Assembly: GCA_035221665.1 (NCBI GenBank)
Contig: CM069149.1
Coordinates: 30,194,001-30,258,000 of the forward strand
Source: Okamejei kenojei
Taxonomy: Eukaryota
Length of the DNA: 64,000 nt
Reading direction: 5' to 3'
Shown here: piece after piece, positions 1-13,982 of the stretch
How the letters are laid out: every line of letters starts with the position of its first letter
Numbering within the stretch: the stretch's first letter is position 1
Made by a program: the position numbers and the translations under genes
The notes under the pieces: generated by a model
What the model saw: the letters and a program-made list of their open reading frames with translations, nothing else
What the model was told of the DNA's origin: nothing
Database searches by the model: none

Positions 1-788
1 GGTAATTGGAGCAGGGCTGATATACAGCATCTGATGCACCTTAAGACAAGGCCACAAATCATCCTACTGACACATAGAGCTCTGCGGAACTTAAATTTAA
101 GGTTAGATTGGGCCCCTTGACAATTAATTCCCAAAATGGAGAAGATGATCAAGCATGAAAGATTTAGCCCAGTGAACTACAAGGATACCTCGGGAAAACA
201 ATGGGCAGATGTGAGTAGGATCAAACATCAGCACCTAAAGCCAGAAACAAGCAGGTGAAGCTAGTAATGCCATGCTGTGACATCACCTGTCTGCATCGTA
301 AGGGGCCAGGAACAGGCCAGGGAAGCATTACAATCATCTTGGGACAAACTTGCAATTGCCGCATGTCTCTTCCCTTCAGCCAGAAAGATGGGGAGAAGAC
401 AGGTGTTAGGCAGAACAATGGAGACAGCAATGCTCAGTGCTGATGACACAGCAATACCAAGTTACCCAAGTTCCTCTTCACTCTCTGTGCTCCTGAAGGT
501 ATTAGACGGAAGAAAATACAGAACACTTTCACTCCAAATGCATTTCTCCACCAGTGTCTACTTCCACCATTATCAGATGAAGATTGTACAGTACAGAGCA
601 TAGAATAAGGTCAAAGTAGTCTGTAGCTGTGTTTATGCACACAAACCTCCTCTCATTTCACACCATCAACACGTTTTCATTACACTCCAGGCCCCTCACC
701 TTCACCCAGTGTTCCCGGGGCTTGTGGCCCGAAGGCTATCTTTGAATGGGTTGATACCACGGGTCTGAGAATATAGATGCATGTTTAC

Positions 789-872
789 CTGCTTCCATTG
801 AGGAACAGCAGCATGTGGTGTTGCTTCTCGTTGCCTGCTGTACGGATGCTCCTGCGATGAGAGGTTTGGCCG
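789..872 (-). CDS. MICAL3: Probable alternative MICAL3-like exon (84 nt, phase 0-0)
   Basis: ctcacAG / GTaaac. RPNLSSQEHPYSRQREATPHAAVPQWKQ; preceded by a long AG-free tract. Resembles a recalled MICAL3 cassette exon ending ...PxWKQ. Confidence 0.65.
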
Positions 873-2789
873 CTGTGAGCATGCAGTGGGGGAGCAGGGA
901 GGAGGAGAACAACACAGTGGGCAAGCAACAGAGTAATGGTGGCAATACATGGGTGCAACGTACACGGAACACGGCAAAGACAAACAAAAGAGAAAAAAAA
1001 CGGGAGAATTAGGACTTGTTTAAAAATGTTTCGCATTTGTTTGGAAATGGGATGATTTGTAGGTGTTTTAACACCCAATTAATGACTAATTGGTACTGAA
1101 AGTTACATCGCAAAATGGTCCATAGTCAACTGGCATCCAGATTATCCCAAGGATCTGAAAAGAGTTCAGTTGAGTTGTCTGTGCTCATGGAGCTCTGATA
1201 ATACGTTCTTCACCTGACCGCAAATCCAACCTAATATATCAGCCACAAACCTCTGCAGCCTTAATAACTCTTCAAAGCACCTGAACAGCTGAAACCCAGC
1301 CGGCTAAGAACTGGGAAGTGAGAGATCTGCTTACTTTGCTGTACACCTTTGCATCTGGTGAATTTTTGCAGCCTCCAGTGTGCAGAGTACTTTGGCTGTG
1401 GCTGAAGCAATGTCTTGTGAAGGTTGACACGACCTCTTTGTTCAGAGGGATACGGGACAAATGCAGACAAATGGGACTAGCCCAGAAAGTCACCTTAGTC
1501 AGCATGGACGAGTTGGGACGAAAGGACTGTTTCCGTGCTGTATAATTTCATGACGCTTCCAAGAAGTGATGTTCTGCTGGCACCTGGTGTCTCACTCTGA
1601 TGTGCTTTCTCTTTCTTCACCCACAACACAAGGAGCCTCTGGTACCCCCACGGTTCTATCGCATCTTACTTCTCAAGTAGGTACTGCTTCTCTGCAACGA
1701 CATCCAAACTCACAGCCTCACACGCTGAAAGTTCTGGTGAAAAGTCATTGACTCGAATCATTGGCAGCCTTTCTCTCTCCACCAATACTGCCTAACTTGC
1801 TGAGTGTTTCCAGGACTTTCCTTCCTGTTCTCGGGTTATTTCTCTTTCTTCATTGAACGAAAGCTCATGGCCTTCCAGAGATAATTTGCAGACTGTGGCC
1901 TTGGTTACTGATTCACCGATTCACCATGGTCTGTTCCACCCTCTCCTTTCCAAAGCTCTCACACCCTTCTTATAATGGCATCTTCAGGACTTTAGTCGCA
2001 ATGACCAAGCTGTGCCCACAAATGCAGTATAGTATAGGCCTTGTAACTTTCAACATCTCCTAGAACTCCATTGGTACATTTTACTTTTTAATATTCACGC
2101 TTCCGCCAATATCTTTAAAATCTTGAAATCTCGAAGATCCCCAGCACTGTCATCATTGCTAACCTCTACACTTCCTATCACCGTTGCTTTCCAATGCAGT
2201 CGACTTTGTTTCTCCACCGATTGCTGCCTGTGTTGTGACTTATTCCTCTGCCAACCTGCCCATAGCTTGTCATCATCTTCTCCATTCCTTCGATCAACTT
2301 TTAATCCTTCCTCCAAACACCAATATCACTGCTCTTGTACCCACGTGCAAACCCTTGTACAAGTGGCAAGATCCGTGAAGCGACCATCACCATTTCCCAC
2401 CAACCCAGGAAATCTGGTTTTCCCTGGTCTGCTCTCTTTTCCGTTCAACGCATTCCTTAAATACTTTCTGCAATAATTCTGCTACAACCAATCTTTTATT
2501 TGGAAAAATATCAAATACTTAAATATTATCACCCCATTTCAAAACCTCCTCCTAAATTTCCAAAATTTCTTTCCCTTTCCTAAATTCCATTGCTAATTTA
2601 AACACCCCTTTCACTGTCCAACATTCCTTCACCATTGTGGGTAGTGTGCTTCATAAACCACACTGAATTCCACTGTTCTGATCCATCCTTGCAGCATTTC
2701 TATTGCAGGAACCTCTTGTGCCTTGATCGCTGACGGCGACAGTGAAGGTCGATACAGAGCTTAAGAGGTTCCATAAAAAGGACCCTTTA

Positions 2790-4870
2790 TTATCTGGGGA
2801 ATGGACTATAAAACCAGGGAGGTCTTGATATAGCTTTATAAAAGTTTGGTTGGGCAGTTCAAACATTGTGCACAGGTCCAGCCACCAGACTATATCAAGG
2901 ACGTGACTGTGCTGCAGAGGGTGCAGAGGTGTTTCAATAGTATGTTGCCTGGGATGGAGCATTGCAGCTATGAAGAGACAATGGATAACTTGGGTTTGTG
3001 TTCCTAGAATGTGGTGAGGCTGAGGCAAGAATGGGTGTGTATTAAATTATGAGGGCCTGGATAGACAATAGACAATAGGTGCAGGAGTAGGCCATTCGGC
3101 CCTTCAAGTCAGCACTGCCATTCACTGTGATCATGGATGGTCATCCACAATCAATACCCCGTTCCTGCCTTCTCCCCATATCCCTTGACTCTGCTATAGA
3201 GTGAGGATCATTTTCCTACAACAGAAGTATTTAACACTGAGGGAATAGATTTAGGGTGAGGAGTCAGAGGTTTGGAAGGGATGATAAGGAAGACCTTTTG
3301 TCACCCAGAGAATGATTGGAATCTGGAATGCAATAGTGGTGGAGGCAGAAACTCTCTCATTTAAGAGCAAACTGGACAAGAGCTTGAATTGCCAAGGAAT
3401 AGATGGCTCTGCACCCGTGCTGGTAAATGGGACCATTGCAGATGGGTACTTGTTAGCCTGGAAATGATAGGCTGAAGGGCCTGTTTCTGTGCCAAAGGAC
3501 TCAATGATTACAGATCATCCTTAGACTCTCCAGCAAATTCATCAAAGACCACTCCATACAGCCCTCCATAATTTTCTCCGTGGAACTGTGCATAGAGTTC
3601 ACCACAGACATTTCAGAGTCATAGAACTTTACAACAGAAAAACAGGCCCTCTGGCCCATCAGGTCCAAGCTAATTACTGCACTCATCCACACTAATCCCA
3701 TTTACCTGCATTTAATCCATGGCCTCCCAGGTGCCTTTGCGATTCAAGTACTGTCTGGTTGCTTCTTAAACACTGTGACAGTTTTTATCTCCACCACTAC
3801 CTCAGGCAGCATTCCAGTTTCCAACCAACCATACTAAGTGTGTAAAAGTTACACCTTAGATCCTCTCGAAACCTCTGCACCTTAAACCCATGTCGTCTCA
3901 TCTCAGACACCCTTGCCAGGGGAAAATTATTTAAAATATCTACCTCCCTCCACCCATAATACCTCTGAAAATGTCCCTCAGTATTAACCCTATCCAGGCC
4001 CTCATAATTGAATACACATCGATTCTCATAATACAGGTTACCCTTTAGCTTCCAACGCTTCAAAGAAAATCAAATTCAGCCTATTCAGTCTCTCTTTATA
4101 ATGGAAATGCTCCAATTCCAATGCAATCATGTCCTTCCTATCTAAGCTAGCTCCATTTACCCGTGTCTGGCCCACATTGCTCTAACCTTTTCCTACCTAT
4201 GTACCTGTCCAAGTGTCTTTTAAATGTTATTAATGTTCCTGCCTCAACTACTTCCACTGGCATCTCTTTTCATATACCTACCACCCTCTGTGTGAAAATG
4301 TTGCCGCTCATATATTCCTACTAAATCTCTGCCCTCTCATCTACTACTCATGCCTTCTAGTTCTTGATTCCCCTACCCTGGGGAAAAAGACTGTGTATTC
4401 GCACATATATTCCTCTCATGATTTTATACACTTCCACAAGATCACCCTCGGCCTCCTACACTCCAAAGAATAAAGTCCTAGCCTGCCCAAGCTCTCCCTA
4501 AAACTCAGGCCTTCCTGGCAACATTTTCTTAAATCCTTGTTATGTTCTCTCCAGCATAATGACATATTTCCCTCAACAAGGTGACCAAAACTAAACACAA
4601 TACTCCAGCTAACGCCTTACTAATATCCGGTAAAACTACAACATATAGTCTCAATTTCCAAACTCAATGCCCTGACTGATGAAGGCCAGTGTACCAAAGG
4701 CCGTTTTCATCACCTTGTCTATCTGTGATGCCACTAACAGAGAACTTTATTCTTGTATTCCTAGTCCCTCTGTTGTAAAACACTCCTCAGAGCTCTGCTG
4801 TTCATTGTGAAAGTTCCACCCTACATTCACTCCCCAAAGCCTTGCACTTATCTGGATTAATCTCTATTTG
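2790..4870. mobile_element. Cluster of degenerate CR1 3' fragments, both strands
   Basis: Decayed ORF2 C-terminus (LGLYSLECRR) and GGGCCGAAGGGCCTGTTTC-type 3' UTRs. Confidence 0.8.
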
Positions 4871-5957
4871 TCAGTCCTTGACCTACTTACCTCAGTGAAA
4901 TTCCCCACTGGACCCAGAGTCCAAAGTGGAGTGAAATACAAAAGACTATTCTAATCTCCAATCTGTAGGTTTCTGCCTTGCATTTATCTCAAATAGCACA
5001 ACAGCTGCTTTCCCCAAAAGACATTGTATTTCTGTTGTACACCGAGAAGCTGCCCATTTGGCAGAAACTGCCGTGGATAAGTTGTTCCAATGTGATGAGA
5101 AATCCAAACACATTTTTTTGTTCAGTACAGTGGTTGCTGTCTTTTTTCATTTTTGGGGCTTCGAGGTGATTTTATTGTCCGACAAGAGACAACAAGAAGG
5201 AATGGGGACAAGGAGTAGCTTGCACATGCAGAGCCAGCGGAAGCTGACTGCAGTTGGCCTGGAGGCAAAGAGCTCAGAGGGCGTCTGAGTGGCCACGACT
5301 ACCAGTGGTCAAGCTAGCTGTGACACAGGGTGATCCCGCAATGGGACATCCTGAGGCTGTCCGGCAGCAGAGTGCCTGCTGGGAGCGGGCCTGCTTGTGA
5401 GAAGGGGCAGTCTGCGACCTCAATGTAGGCCGGTGGCAGAGACTGGTGAGCTCAGTGGTCGCTGGGAGCACCCGGGCTACCTGATACCTCATCCCGGCAA
5501 ATCTCTGCCAATGCTCCAGTCCTTCGCCCTGAAGTATCACTTAAAAGTGAGATCTTGAATGCTGAATAGTTTCCTTCTCACCTCACAATGTTCGAGGATG
5601 CTGACTGGCCAATCTTCAGAGCATGTTACAGTGCAGCAGAAATTGCCTGGCTTTACTTGTTCTCTGTTCATGTTTATAAAACCAAGGATCTAGAACAATG
5701 AGAACTGTCAATTAAAACCAAGGAAAGACCCCACAATGAGCGTGTTGACAGTGCATTGCAGAAATGCCTGGCTTTACTTGCTCTGTCTGTTTATAAAACC
5801 AAGGAAGAACAATGATTTAAAACAAAAGTTACGTGAACCTGTCCTATTGCCCAGACCCGTAGGTCCTCACATTCCAGCACCCAGTACAAGCACCACCCAC
5901 CCATCCTCTGTTGCAATAAGGACCCAGCAGGTAAAACTTTTCCAATTTAAGCCAGCA

Positions 5958-6835
5958 GCGTGTTCGTCAGTTCTACTTATTTGGTCTTTTTTAGTATGTC
6001 CAAATGTTTGTTTTAATGTCTCTCGGTGTGTCTTGTGTGGCGGGGGGGGGGGAGGGGAACCACTTTCGGTCGCCTCCTCCACGGAGAGGCAACTTTTTCC
6101 ATGTCCCCTCCCTCGCCGCCTAACACCAAGAATTGGTGCGGCCTTTCCCGGAGATGGGCCCGGAGCTTCAGCAGCGGGCGCAGCGTGGACTCTTTCATCG
6201 CGGAGCGGGCGAGCCGTCGCCGGGGGTCGCCAGCAGGGAGTGCTCCGATTGCTGGCCCGCGGCAGCCTGAAACCGCGAACTGTGGTCCTTCTTGCCGCGG
6301 GCGCAGACTGCGGAACTTCCAGCTGGCGCGGCGTCTGGAGCCTGGGATCCCTCGTTGGGGACCCCGGAGGAGAAGAGCTCCGACAGCTGGCCCGCGGCCT
6401 ACAACAGCTTGAAGCCACGGTCTGTGGTGCTTCTAGCTGCGGGCGCGGTGGGGACTTACTTACTTACCATCCGGAGCGAGATTCCTCGCCGGGAATCCCT
6501 GGAGAAGCGCTCCGACCGCCGGCCTGCAGCCTACGTCATCTTCAAGCCGCAGTCTCCGTAAGGGAAGCACCAATTCGGGCCTTACCTTGCCTGTATATCT
6601 GGCCGCCCGCAGCGGCGACTGCGGAGGTTTATGGTCCCGACCACGGAGATAAATGGGGGAGGACTGACTGAACTTTGTGCCTTCCACCACCGTGATGAAT
6701 GCTGTGGTGGATGTTTGTGTTAAATTCTTTATTGTGTATTGTGTGTATTTTTTTTAATTGTACCGCTGCTGGCAAGTTCATTTCACTGCCCTTCATTGTG
6801 TATGCGATGAATAAATCTGACTATTGACTTGACTA
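5958..6835 (+). mobile_element. GC/CpG-rich non-autonomous retroelement, family unassigned; related-style element at ~59720-60425
   Basis: Both share a 3' segment tgccttcca(c/t)cac.gtga.gaat...gctgtggtggatgttt...aataaa..tgac with a short-repeat tail. Confidence 0.6.
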
Positions 6836-7330
6836 TTGGCTTAGAGGTTCCATCCCTCAAATAATATTAATTTGTCCAGCATTTTATCTAGACCTGATTT
6901 ATTCAGTCAGGTTATACAGTTCAGAATTGTGCATGTGTGTGTGTGTTTTGGGACGATGGAATAAGTTAGGAGGATGGAATTAGTGTGCTTGGGGAGGAGT
7001 GTGCATGCTCACGTGCGTGTCTGTATATCTGTGCTGGGAAAGTGGATTTTGCTAGCGTCTGCTGATGCATACGGAACCGCCACATGTGGAAGTGTGTACA
7101 TATGTGAAAATAGTGACGCTCCCTGGAAGGTGAATATGTGGCATTCCCTACCCCAGCATGAAAGACATTGGTGGGGGTTTAGATATAATAAAGGGTGCTG
7201 CGATTATAGATCAGCCAGGATCTTAATCAATGGCAGAATAGGACAAAAGAGGCTGAATGCCTCTCCTCATCTACCCAGTCTCTATTTCACACTGTCCCAG
7301 CACCCATCCTGTTCAGCCACCAGCCTCTAC

Positions 7331-7429
7331 CTGTCTCTTCACTCCTCCGGCAGTGTTAATCTCAGATTTGGACAAGATCGTGCAGGCCAAGGTTTTGACA
7401 TTTCCACTTGGGTGTGCGAGTCGATCCTC
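7331..7429 (-). CDS. MICAL3: MICAL3-like exon after the array (99 nt, phase 0-0)
   Basis: ctctctttAG / GTagag. EDRLAHPSGNVKTLACTILSKSEINTAGGVKRQ aligns by eye with MICAL3 'NKVKYMATQLLAKFEENAPAQSIGIRRQ'. Confidence 0.75.
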
Positions 7430-7719
7430 CTAAAGAGAGCAACACGGTGGGGAAGCGAGCATGAGATTCTCTTCATGAGCAATTTGTATCACGTTTAATT
7501 CCCCCATACCTGTTAGGGCAGATCTGTTTCATAACTGCAACGTCAAGCTTAAAGTTCTATCAAATACATATGTACTCCACCACCCTGAAAGTACACTATT
7601 GGCCATTCAGGCAAATTATACAATACACGAGGACATTCAAACCATACTTAAGCACAATCTAGGATAGAAGACTGTACTACAATCTCAGTAAAACCAATTA
7701 AGGACTATCAAGAGTAGTT

Positions 7720-9480
7720 TCACAGTGAAGAAGGTTATCAATAATTACAGCAGATTGATCAGCTAAGTGGGCTGAGGAATGGCAAATGGGGTTCAATTCA
7801 GATAAATGCAAGGCATTGTTTTTTGGGATGTCAAACTAGGGTAGGTGAATGGTGGGGCCCTGGGGAATGTTCTAGAGCAAATGGCCCTTGGGGTACACGG
7901 ACATGGTTCCCTGAAAGTCGCATCGCAAGTGGACACAATAGTGAATGAAACATTTGGTATGCTGACCTCCTTCATCAGGGCACTGAGTATAGTGTTTGGG
8001 GCATTATGTTGCAGTTGTACAAGACAGTACCCGAGTATGCACTTGGTGCTTTGTGCACAGTTTTGGTCACCCTGCTGTAGGAAATACATCATTAAGCTGG
8101 AACGAGTGCTGAGAAGACATAGGAATGTTGGCAGATCCTGAGGGCCAGGGCTATAGGGTGAGGTTGGGCAGACTAAGAGTTTATTCCTTGGACTGTAGGA
8201 AACTGAGGAATGATATAAAGATGTATAACATCAAGAGGGGTGTAGCTAAGCTGCATGCACCGTCTTTTTCTCAGGGAAGGGGTATCAAAAACAAAAGGAC
8301 ACAGATTTACGGTCAGCGGGGAACGATTTAAAGGAAATGCGCGAGGCAATTCTTCACACAGAGGGTGACGCGTATATGGAACAAGATGCCAGAGAAAGTG
8401 GTAGAGCCAAGTACAATTACGGAATTTAAAAGACAGCTGTGTAGGAAGGAACTGCAGATGCTGGTTTAAACCGAAGGTGGACACAATATGCTGGAGTAAC
8501 TCAGCGGGACTCAGTCTGAAGAAGGGTCTCGACCCAAAACGTCACCCATTCCTTCTCTCTAGAGATGCTGCCTCTACCGCTGAGTTACTCCAGCATTTTG
8601 TGTCCATAAAGGACATCTGGACAGGTTCATGGATATAAATGGTTTGGAGAGAAAAACCACAATCTGCTGAAGAACTCAGTGGGTCAGCCAACATTTGTGG
8701 AGGAAAAAGGACAGACCTCTAGTATCCTTTTCCCTCCATGCGCCCATATGTGGGCCACTGAGCTCCTCCAGCAGACTGTTTTTTTTAATGCAAGATTCCA
8801 GCATCTGTGCCTCTTGTATTTCCATGTTTTAGCAGGGTAGGGGTTAAACATGGGCAAATGGGGTTAGCTTAGATGGGCATCTTGATTGGCATGGATGAGT
8901 TGGGCCGAAGGGCCTGTTTCTGTGCTCTATGAGTCTAAGAGGCAGTCACGGAGATATGAACCCCAATCCAGTGCTATAACAATATTGGAATGATTGTGTT
9001 TGAGTAGCTGTATTCTGCGCCCACTATGCAACTATACGAGAGAATTTCACTCTATCTTGTGCCTACTCCAGCGTATGTCTAAATGCCTCGTAAATGTTGC
9101 TATTATGCCTGTTGCTGCATCTCCCCTGGGAGCATGTTCCAGTAACCCACCACTGTGTGAAAAGACCGGCCCCGCACATCTCCTTAAAACTTTCTCCCTC
9201 TGACAAAGTTAGACCCCCTAGTCTTTAATATTTTCACCCTAAGAAAAAGGTTCTGACTACCCACCTTCTCTAGGCCTCTCATAATTTTATCAGGTCACCC
9301 CCCTCAATCCTGCAGAGAAAACAGTGCAAGTTTGTCCAAACTCTACTTAGAGCAAATACTTTTCAATCCAGACAATATCCTGGTGGCCCTCTCCAAAATC
9401 CCCCATTCTTCCTGTAGTGCAGTGACCAGAATTACACACAGTTCTCCAAAAAAGTTTCATACAGCTGCAGTACAACTCCA
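7720..9480. mobile_element. CR1 fragments, with a nested Penelope-derived hairpin at ~8445-8610
   Basis: CAQFWSPCCRK..IKLERV; CR1 3' UTR at ~8870-8935. Confidence 0.8.
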
Positions 9481-10004
9481 ATAATCAATTATTATCTGAA
9501 TACTGGGAAATGGGATGGTTCAATACTTTGCTCGCCAAGTGTTGTTTCATAGCATCTCTTGAAATTTTTCCAGCCTCTATTTCCCACATACTCCTGAAAT
9601 TCATTCCAGTCTTGGTTCCCCCACTCTCCCGACACTCACCAGGATCCTGGTCACTGCATAGCCTTTAAACTTAATAGTTTCACTGAAAGGTTATAATACT
9701 ATGTAATAAAATGATTCATATTACTACTCCAATACACTTGAATGTATCATTCATGATACATTCGAGTGTATTGGAGTAGTAATAGGAATAATTTTTAACA
9801 GTCTAGAAAACATGTTGATTTGGCACTACCAGAAGTCCTAAGTGTGCCAGGTTAATTGTTTTACTTCACAACAACCAGAGACCATGCGATGGGGAGGGAC
9901 TTTTCATTGAATTTAATGTGTTTAGAGATGGACAAAACATGGAGCAAGGTCAGCAAGCCAAAGTAGTAACATTGAAGGTTCCACAGCGAGCAGAGTTGAT
10001 GTTC

Positions 10005-10880
10005 ATAAGTCATAGGAGCAGAATTAGGCCATTTGGCCCATCAAGTCAATTCCGCCATTCAATCATGGCTGATCTATTTTTCCCTCTCAACCCCATTCTC
10101 CTTGCCTTCTCCACATAACACATGACACCCTAACTAATCAAGAAACCACGCTTGAAAATACCCAATGACTTCACCTACACAGCCATCTATGGAAATGAAT
10201 TCCACAGATTCTCTACTTTCTGACTAAATAAATTCCTCCTCATCTCCTTTCTGAGGGAACGCCCTTTTATTCTAAGGCTGTGCCCTCTGGTCCTAGACTC
10301 TCACTCTAGCAGAAACATCCTCTCAACATTCACACTATCCAGGCCTTTCACAATTCTGAAAGCTTCAATGAGGTTCCCCCACATCTTTCTAAACTCCAGT
10401 GAGTACAGGTCCAGTACGGTCAAACGCTCATCATACGTTAACGCATTCATCCCCGGGAGCATTCTAGTAAACCTCCTCTGGATCCTCTCCAATGCCAGCG
10501 CATCCTTCCTCAGATGTGGGCCCCAAAACTGCTCACAATACTCCAGATAAGGCCTTATGAAGCCTCATCATTACATTCCAGTTTTTATACTCTAGTTCTC
10601 TTGAAATTGCATTTGCCTTCCTTACCACCAATTCAACTTGCAAATTAACCTTTTGGGAATCCTGCCACCAGCATTCCCAAGTTTCTTTGCATCTCTGATT
10701 TCTGAATCAATCCCCCATGCACAATACCAAATCCAGAATTGCCCTTTCCCCAGTAGGCTTGACTACAAGCTGCTCGAAAAAGTCATCTTGTGGGCACTCT
10801 ACCAATTCCTTCTCTTGGGATCCAGTACCAACCTGATTTTCCCAGTCTGCCTGCATATTGAAATTACCCATGACCACTGT
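10005..10880 (-). mobile_element. CR1 3' fragment
   Basis: ERIQRRFTRMLPGM...LYSLEFRK (ORF 10301-10492). Confidence 0.85.
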
Positions 10881-12745
10881 AACTTTGCCTTTCTGACATG
10901 CTGATTGTATCTCCTGATGTAATTTGTACCTGGTTACTGTTTGGAGGCCTGTGTATAACTTGGCTACTGTTCAGAGGCCTCGATATAACCCATAGGGTCA
11001 GTGGTCTATACACTGTAGACAGTGCTCACAGTTCACTGGAGTGGGGTCAGAGGGTGCAGGACACTGGGTTAGTGGGTTCAGTGGTCACAGTTCATAGGGT
11101 CAGTGGTGCAGACACTGGTCACAGGCCACTAGGTCAGTGGTCACAATGCACTGGGGCAGTACAGACAGAGGTCACTGTACACAGGGTCAGAGGTCACCAT
11201 TCAGTGCGTCAGTGGTCTGTACACTGGGGTAGTGCACAGTGGTCAATGTACACAGGGATGATAACACATTATGATAAGTTAGTGCAAAGAGGGGCCACGC
11301 TGAATGCTGGGTTAGTGAAAAGGCCACACAACACACTACATTTGTGTGAATAGAGGACCCAGTGCATTCTGGGTCAATGTGTTTGGGATAAATCTGTGAA
11401 CTAGTCACCAGGGTCGCCGGGTTCAGGATTCACTCTGTACACTGGGTCAATGGGTCCAAGGGTCATTCTGTACATAGGGTCACTAGGTACACTGTGGTGT
11501 TCTCGTTGGGGACTAGATGTTGAGGTTCAGAACTGGTTCAGGTGGTTTATTATTGTCACATGTACTGAGACACAGTGATAAACTTGGCTTGGCAGATCAT
11601 ACCATACACGAGTACAACAGGTAGTGTGCAAAGTGAGAAAGGAAACAGTGCAGACAATAGTATTACAGCTACAGAGAAAGTGCAGAGACCAAAAACGCAA
11701 GGACAGTAAAGAGGTTGATGGAAGATCGGTAAATTCACCCTTAGCACGTGAGAGGTCCATCGATGACAGGGAATACCTGTGATAGGATGTCCAATGTTGT
11801 CCAGGTGACACTAATGCCAGTGTTGCAGTCAAAGACAGGACGATGAATGGGAAAAGCCAAGATTGATCCTGTTTCTTTCTCCATAGACGCTGCCTGATCT
11901 GCTGAATGTCACCAGAATCTACTGCTTCTATTTTAGCAAAATCTAGTATTTCTGAGTAAATAAGAAATGCCATTTTATAATGAGGCTGAAAATCCGACTT
12001 TACATTTTAGTTCAGTTTAATTTAGAGGCACAGCATGAAAACAGGCCCTTCAGCCCACTGAGACCGTACTGACCAGTAATCACCCATTATTAGTTCTATC
12101 CCAACACGAAGGACAATTTACAGAAGCCAATTAACCTCCAAACCTGAATGGAGGGATTGTAAATAAAGGGTGAACAAGGGCAAAGGAGAGAAAATAAAGC
12201 ATTGCTGGGATTGAGATGCAGAGCAAAGCATTCCCTGGAAATCTGAAAGGTGAAAACTAGGAGTAACTAGAAAATTGGGCATCTAAGGAGAGAAAATCCA
12301 AGCAATTGTTACAGGAGACCTTGCATCAGTGTTGGCCAGCTCAGGCTCAGCGGCAGGTTATTTGAAAATGTAACTCTTAATTTGGTGATTTTCTTTGAGC
12401 TATGTTGATTTTTATTGGAAGAGTGCAGAAGGCTAAAGAGAGAAAGATCAGAGTAAGATGGAGTGCGAGGTCACTGTACACAGGGTGAAGTAGGGTCAGG
12501 CTTCACTAGGTCAATGAGGTGAGTGGGATCAAAGTCACCACATAAATAGGGTAATTGGGAAAGATGTTTCCCCCCGTACACAGAGTGAAGGCAGACAGGG
12601 GTTTCTTAGCAGACAGGTTAAGCAAGGTCTGGGATTACACTGTTGGACCAATTGGGTCAGGGGCCACTCTGTACATGGGCTCAGTGGGCTCAGGGGTCAC
12701 TTTATACAGGTTCTGCTACTCTCTGTACGCTGGGTACTAACTCAC

Positions 12746-12790
12746 TTGTTTCCCTGCAATCTTCATAGCTGTAACATGCCTATCATAATC
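12746..12790 (-). CDS. Micro-exon 28 (45 nt) DYDRHVTAMKIAGKQ
   Basis: Intact AG / GTgagtt; last array member seen. Confidence 0.7.
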
Positions 12791-13937
12791 CTAAAACACA
12801 AACATATAGAAGGACGTCAGAGGTGGGAGTTGGTCTCGGTGATCTGCGGCTGTGATGAAGCAGACCCAGGGCTGGTGTTCACATCGGGAAACGGACCACG
12901 GGGACACTGAGTGGCGACAGCACCGGCCCCGGGGGACAGGCCCCGCCCGATGCCTGGGTTTGGACAGGAACCCCATCGGAGGCAAGGTTAGAGATGACTG
13001 AGTCAGGGGTCACTCTCCTTACAGGGTGAATGAGTTTACTATAGAATGTTGGTGGGACCGTAGGTGGGGGTGGGGGTGTGGGGGTGACTGCACACTGTTT
13101 TCATGTTGGGTTGTAAGCTACCCAAGCAGAATATGATGTGTGGTTCCTCCAGTCTCTGTGTGGCTTCACTCTGGTAATGGATGAGACCGAGGACAGAAAG
13201 GCCGGTATGGGAATGGGAAGACGAGTTAAGATGGTTAGTAACTGAGAGATCCAGCAGGCATTGGTGGGCCGACGGCAAGTGTTCGGGGAAACAGTCTCGC
13301 CAATATGGAGCAGGCCACATCAATAGCATTGTCTGCAGTAGATGGGGTTATAGAAGGTGCAGGCGAATGCCTGTCTCACCTGGAAGGGCTGACAGGTCAC
13401 CCTTTACACAGGGCCAGTGAGGACATGGGCTCAGTAATGATTATACACACGGCCATCGGTCACTGAACTGAGGGTCAAAGGTGTAAGAAGTAACTGCAGA
13501 TGCTGGTTTACACCAAAGAAAGACACAAAATGCTGGAGTAACACAGCGGGTCAAGCAACATCTCTGGAGAAAAGGAATAGGTGACCTTTCGGGTCGAGAC
13601 TCTTCATCAGTCTGATTCGAAACATCACCTATTTGTTTTCTCCAGAGATGCTGCCTAACCTGCTGAGTGACTCCAGCATTTTGTCTCAGGGTAAAGGGTT
13701 TTCATAAAGGCTGGTGTGGCCAGTGTTCATTTTGCACAAAGCATTAGTGCGGTCAGGGGTAATTTTTTATGTGGGGCAGGATTAGGGATCACTCTGACCA
13801 AAGGGAGAGCAGGATCAGGGGTCACTCCGTACATATAGTAATTAGGGTTAGCGGTCACTCTGTACACCAGGTCAGTGGGGTCAGGTGTCTGTACACAGTG
13901 GGTTCCTGCTATTCTCTGTATGCGGGTACTAACTCAC

Positions 13938-13982
13938 TTGTTTCTCTGCAAGCTTCATAGTTGTGACATTTCTACCATGCTC
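13938..13982 (-). CDS. Micro-exon 27 (45 nt) EHGRNVTTMKLAEKQ
   Basis: gtgttctAG / GTgagtt. Confidence 0.7.

Noticed and set aside
5736-6671. 311-aa ORF and overlapping ORFs
   Set aside because: GC-rich repeat element, open in many frames, no recognisable domain.
9640-9682. Candidate 43-nt exon (tttcAG / GTgagt)
   Set aside because: Good donor, but the open frame needs a phase-2 entry, which is incompatible with its phase-0 neighbours. Unsupported without RNA data.
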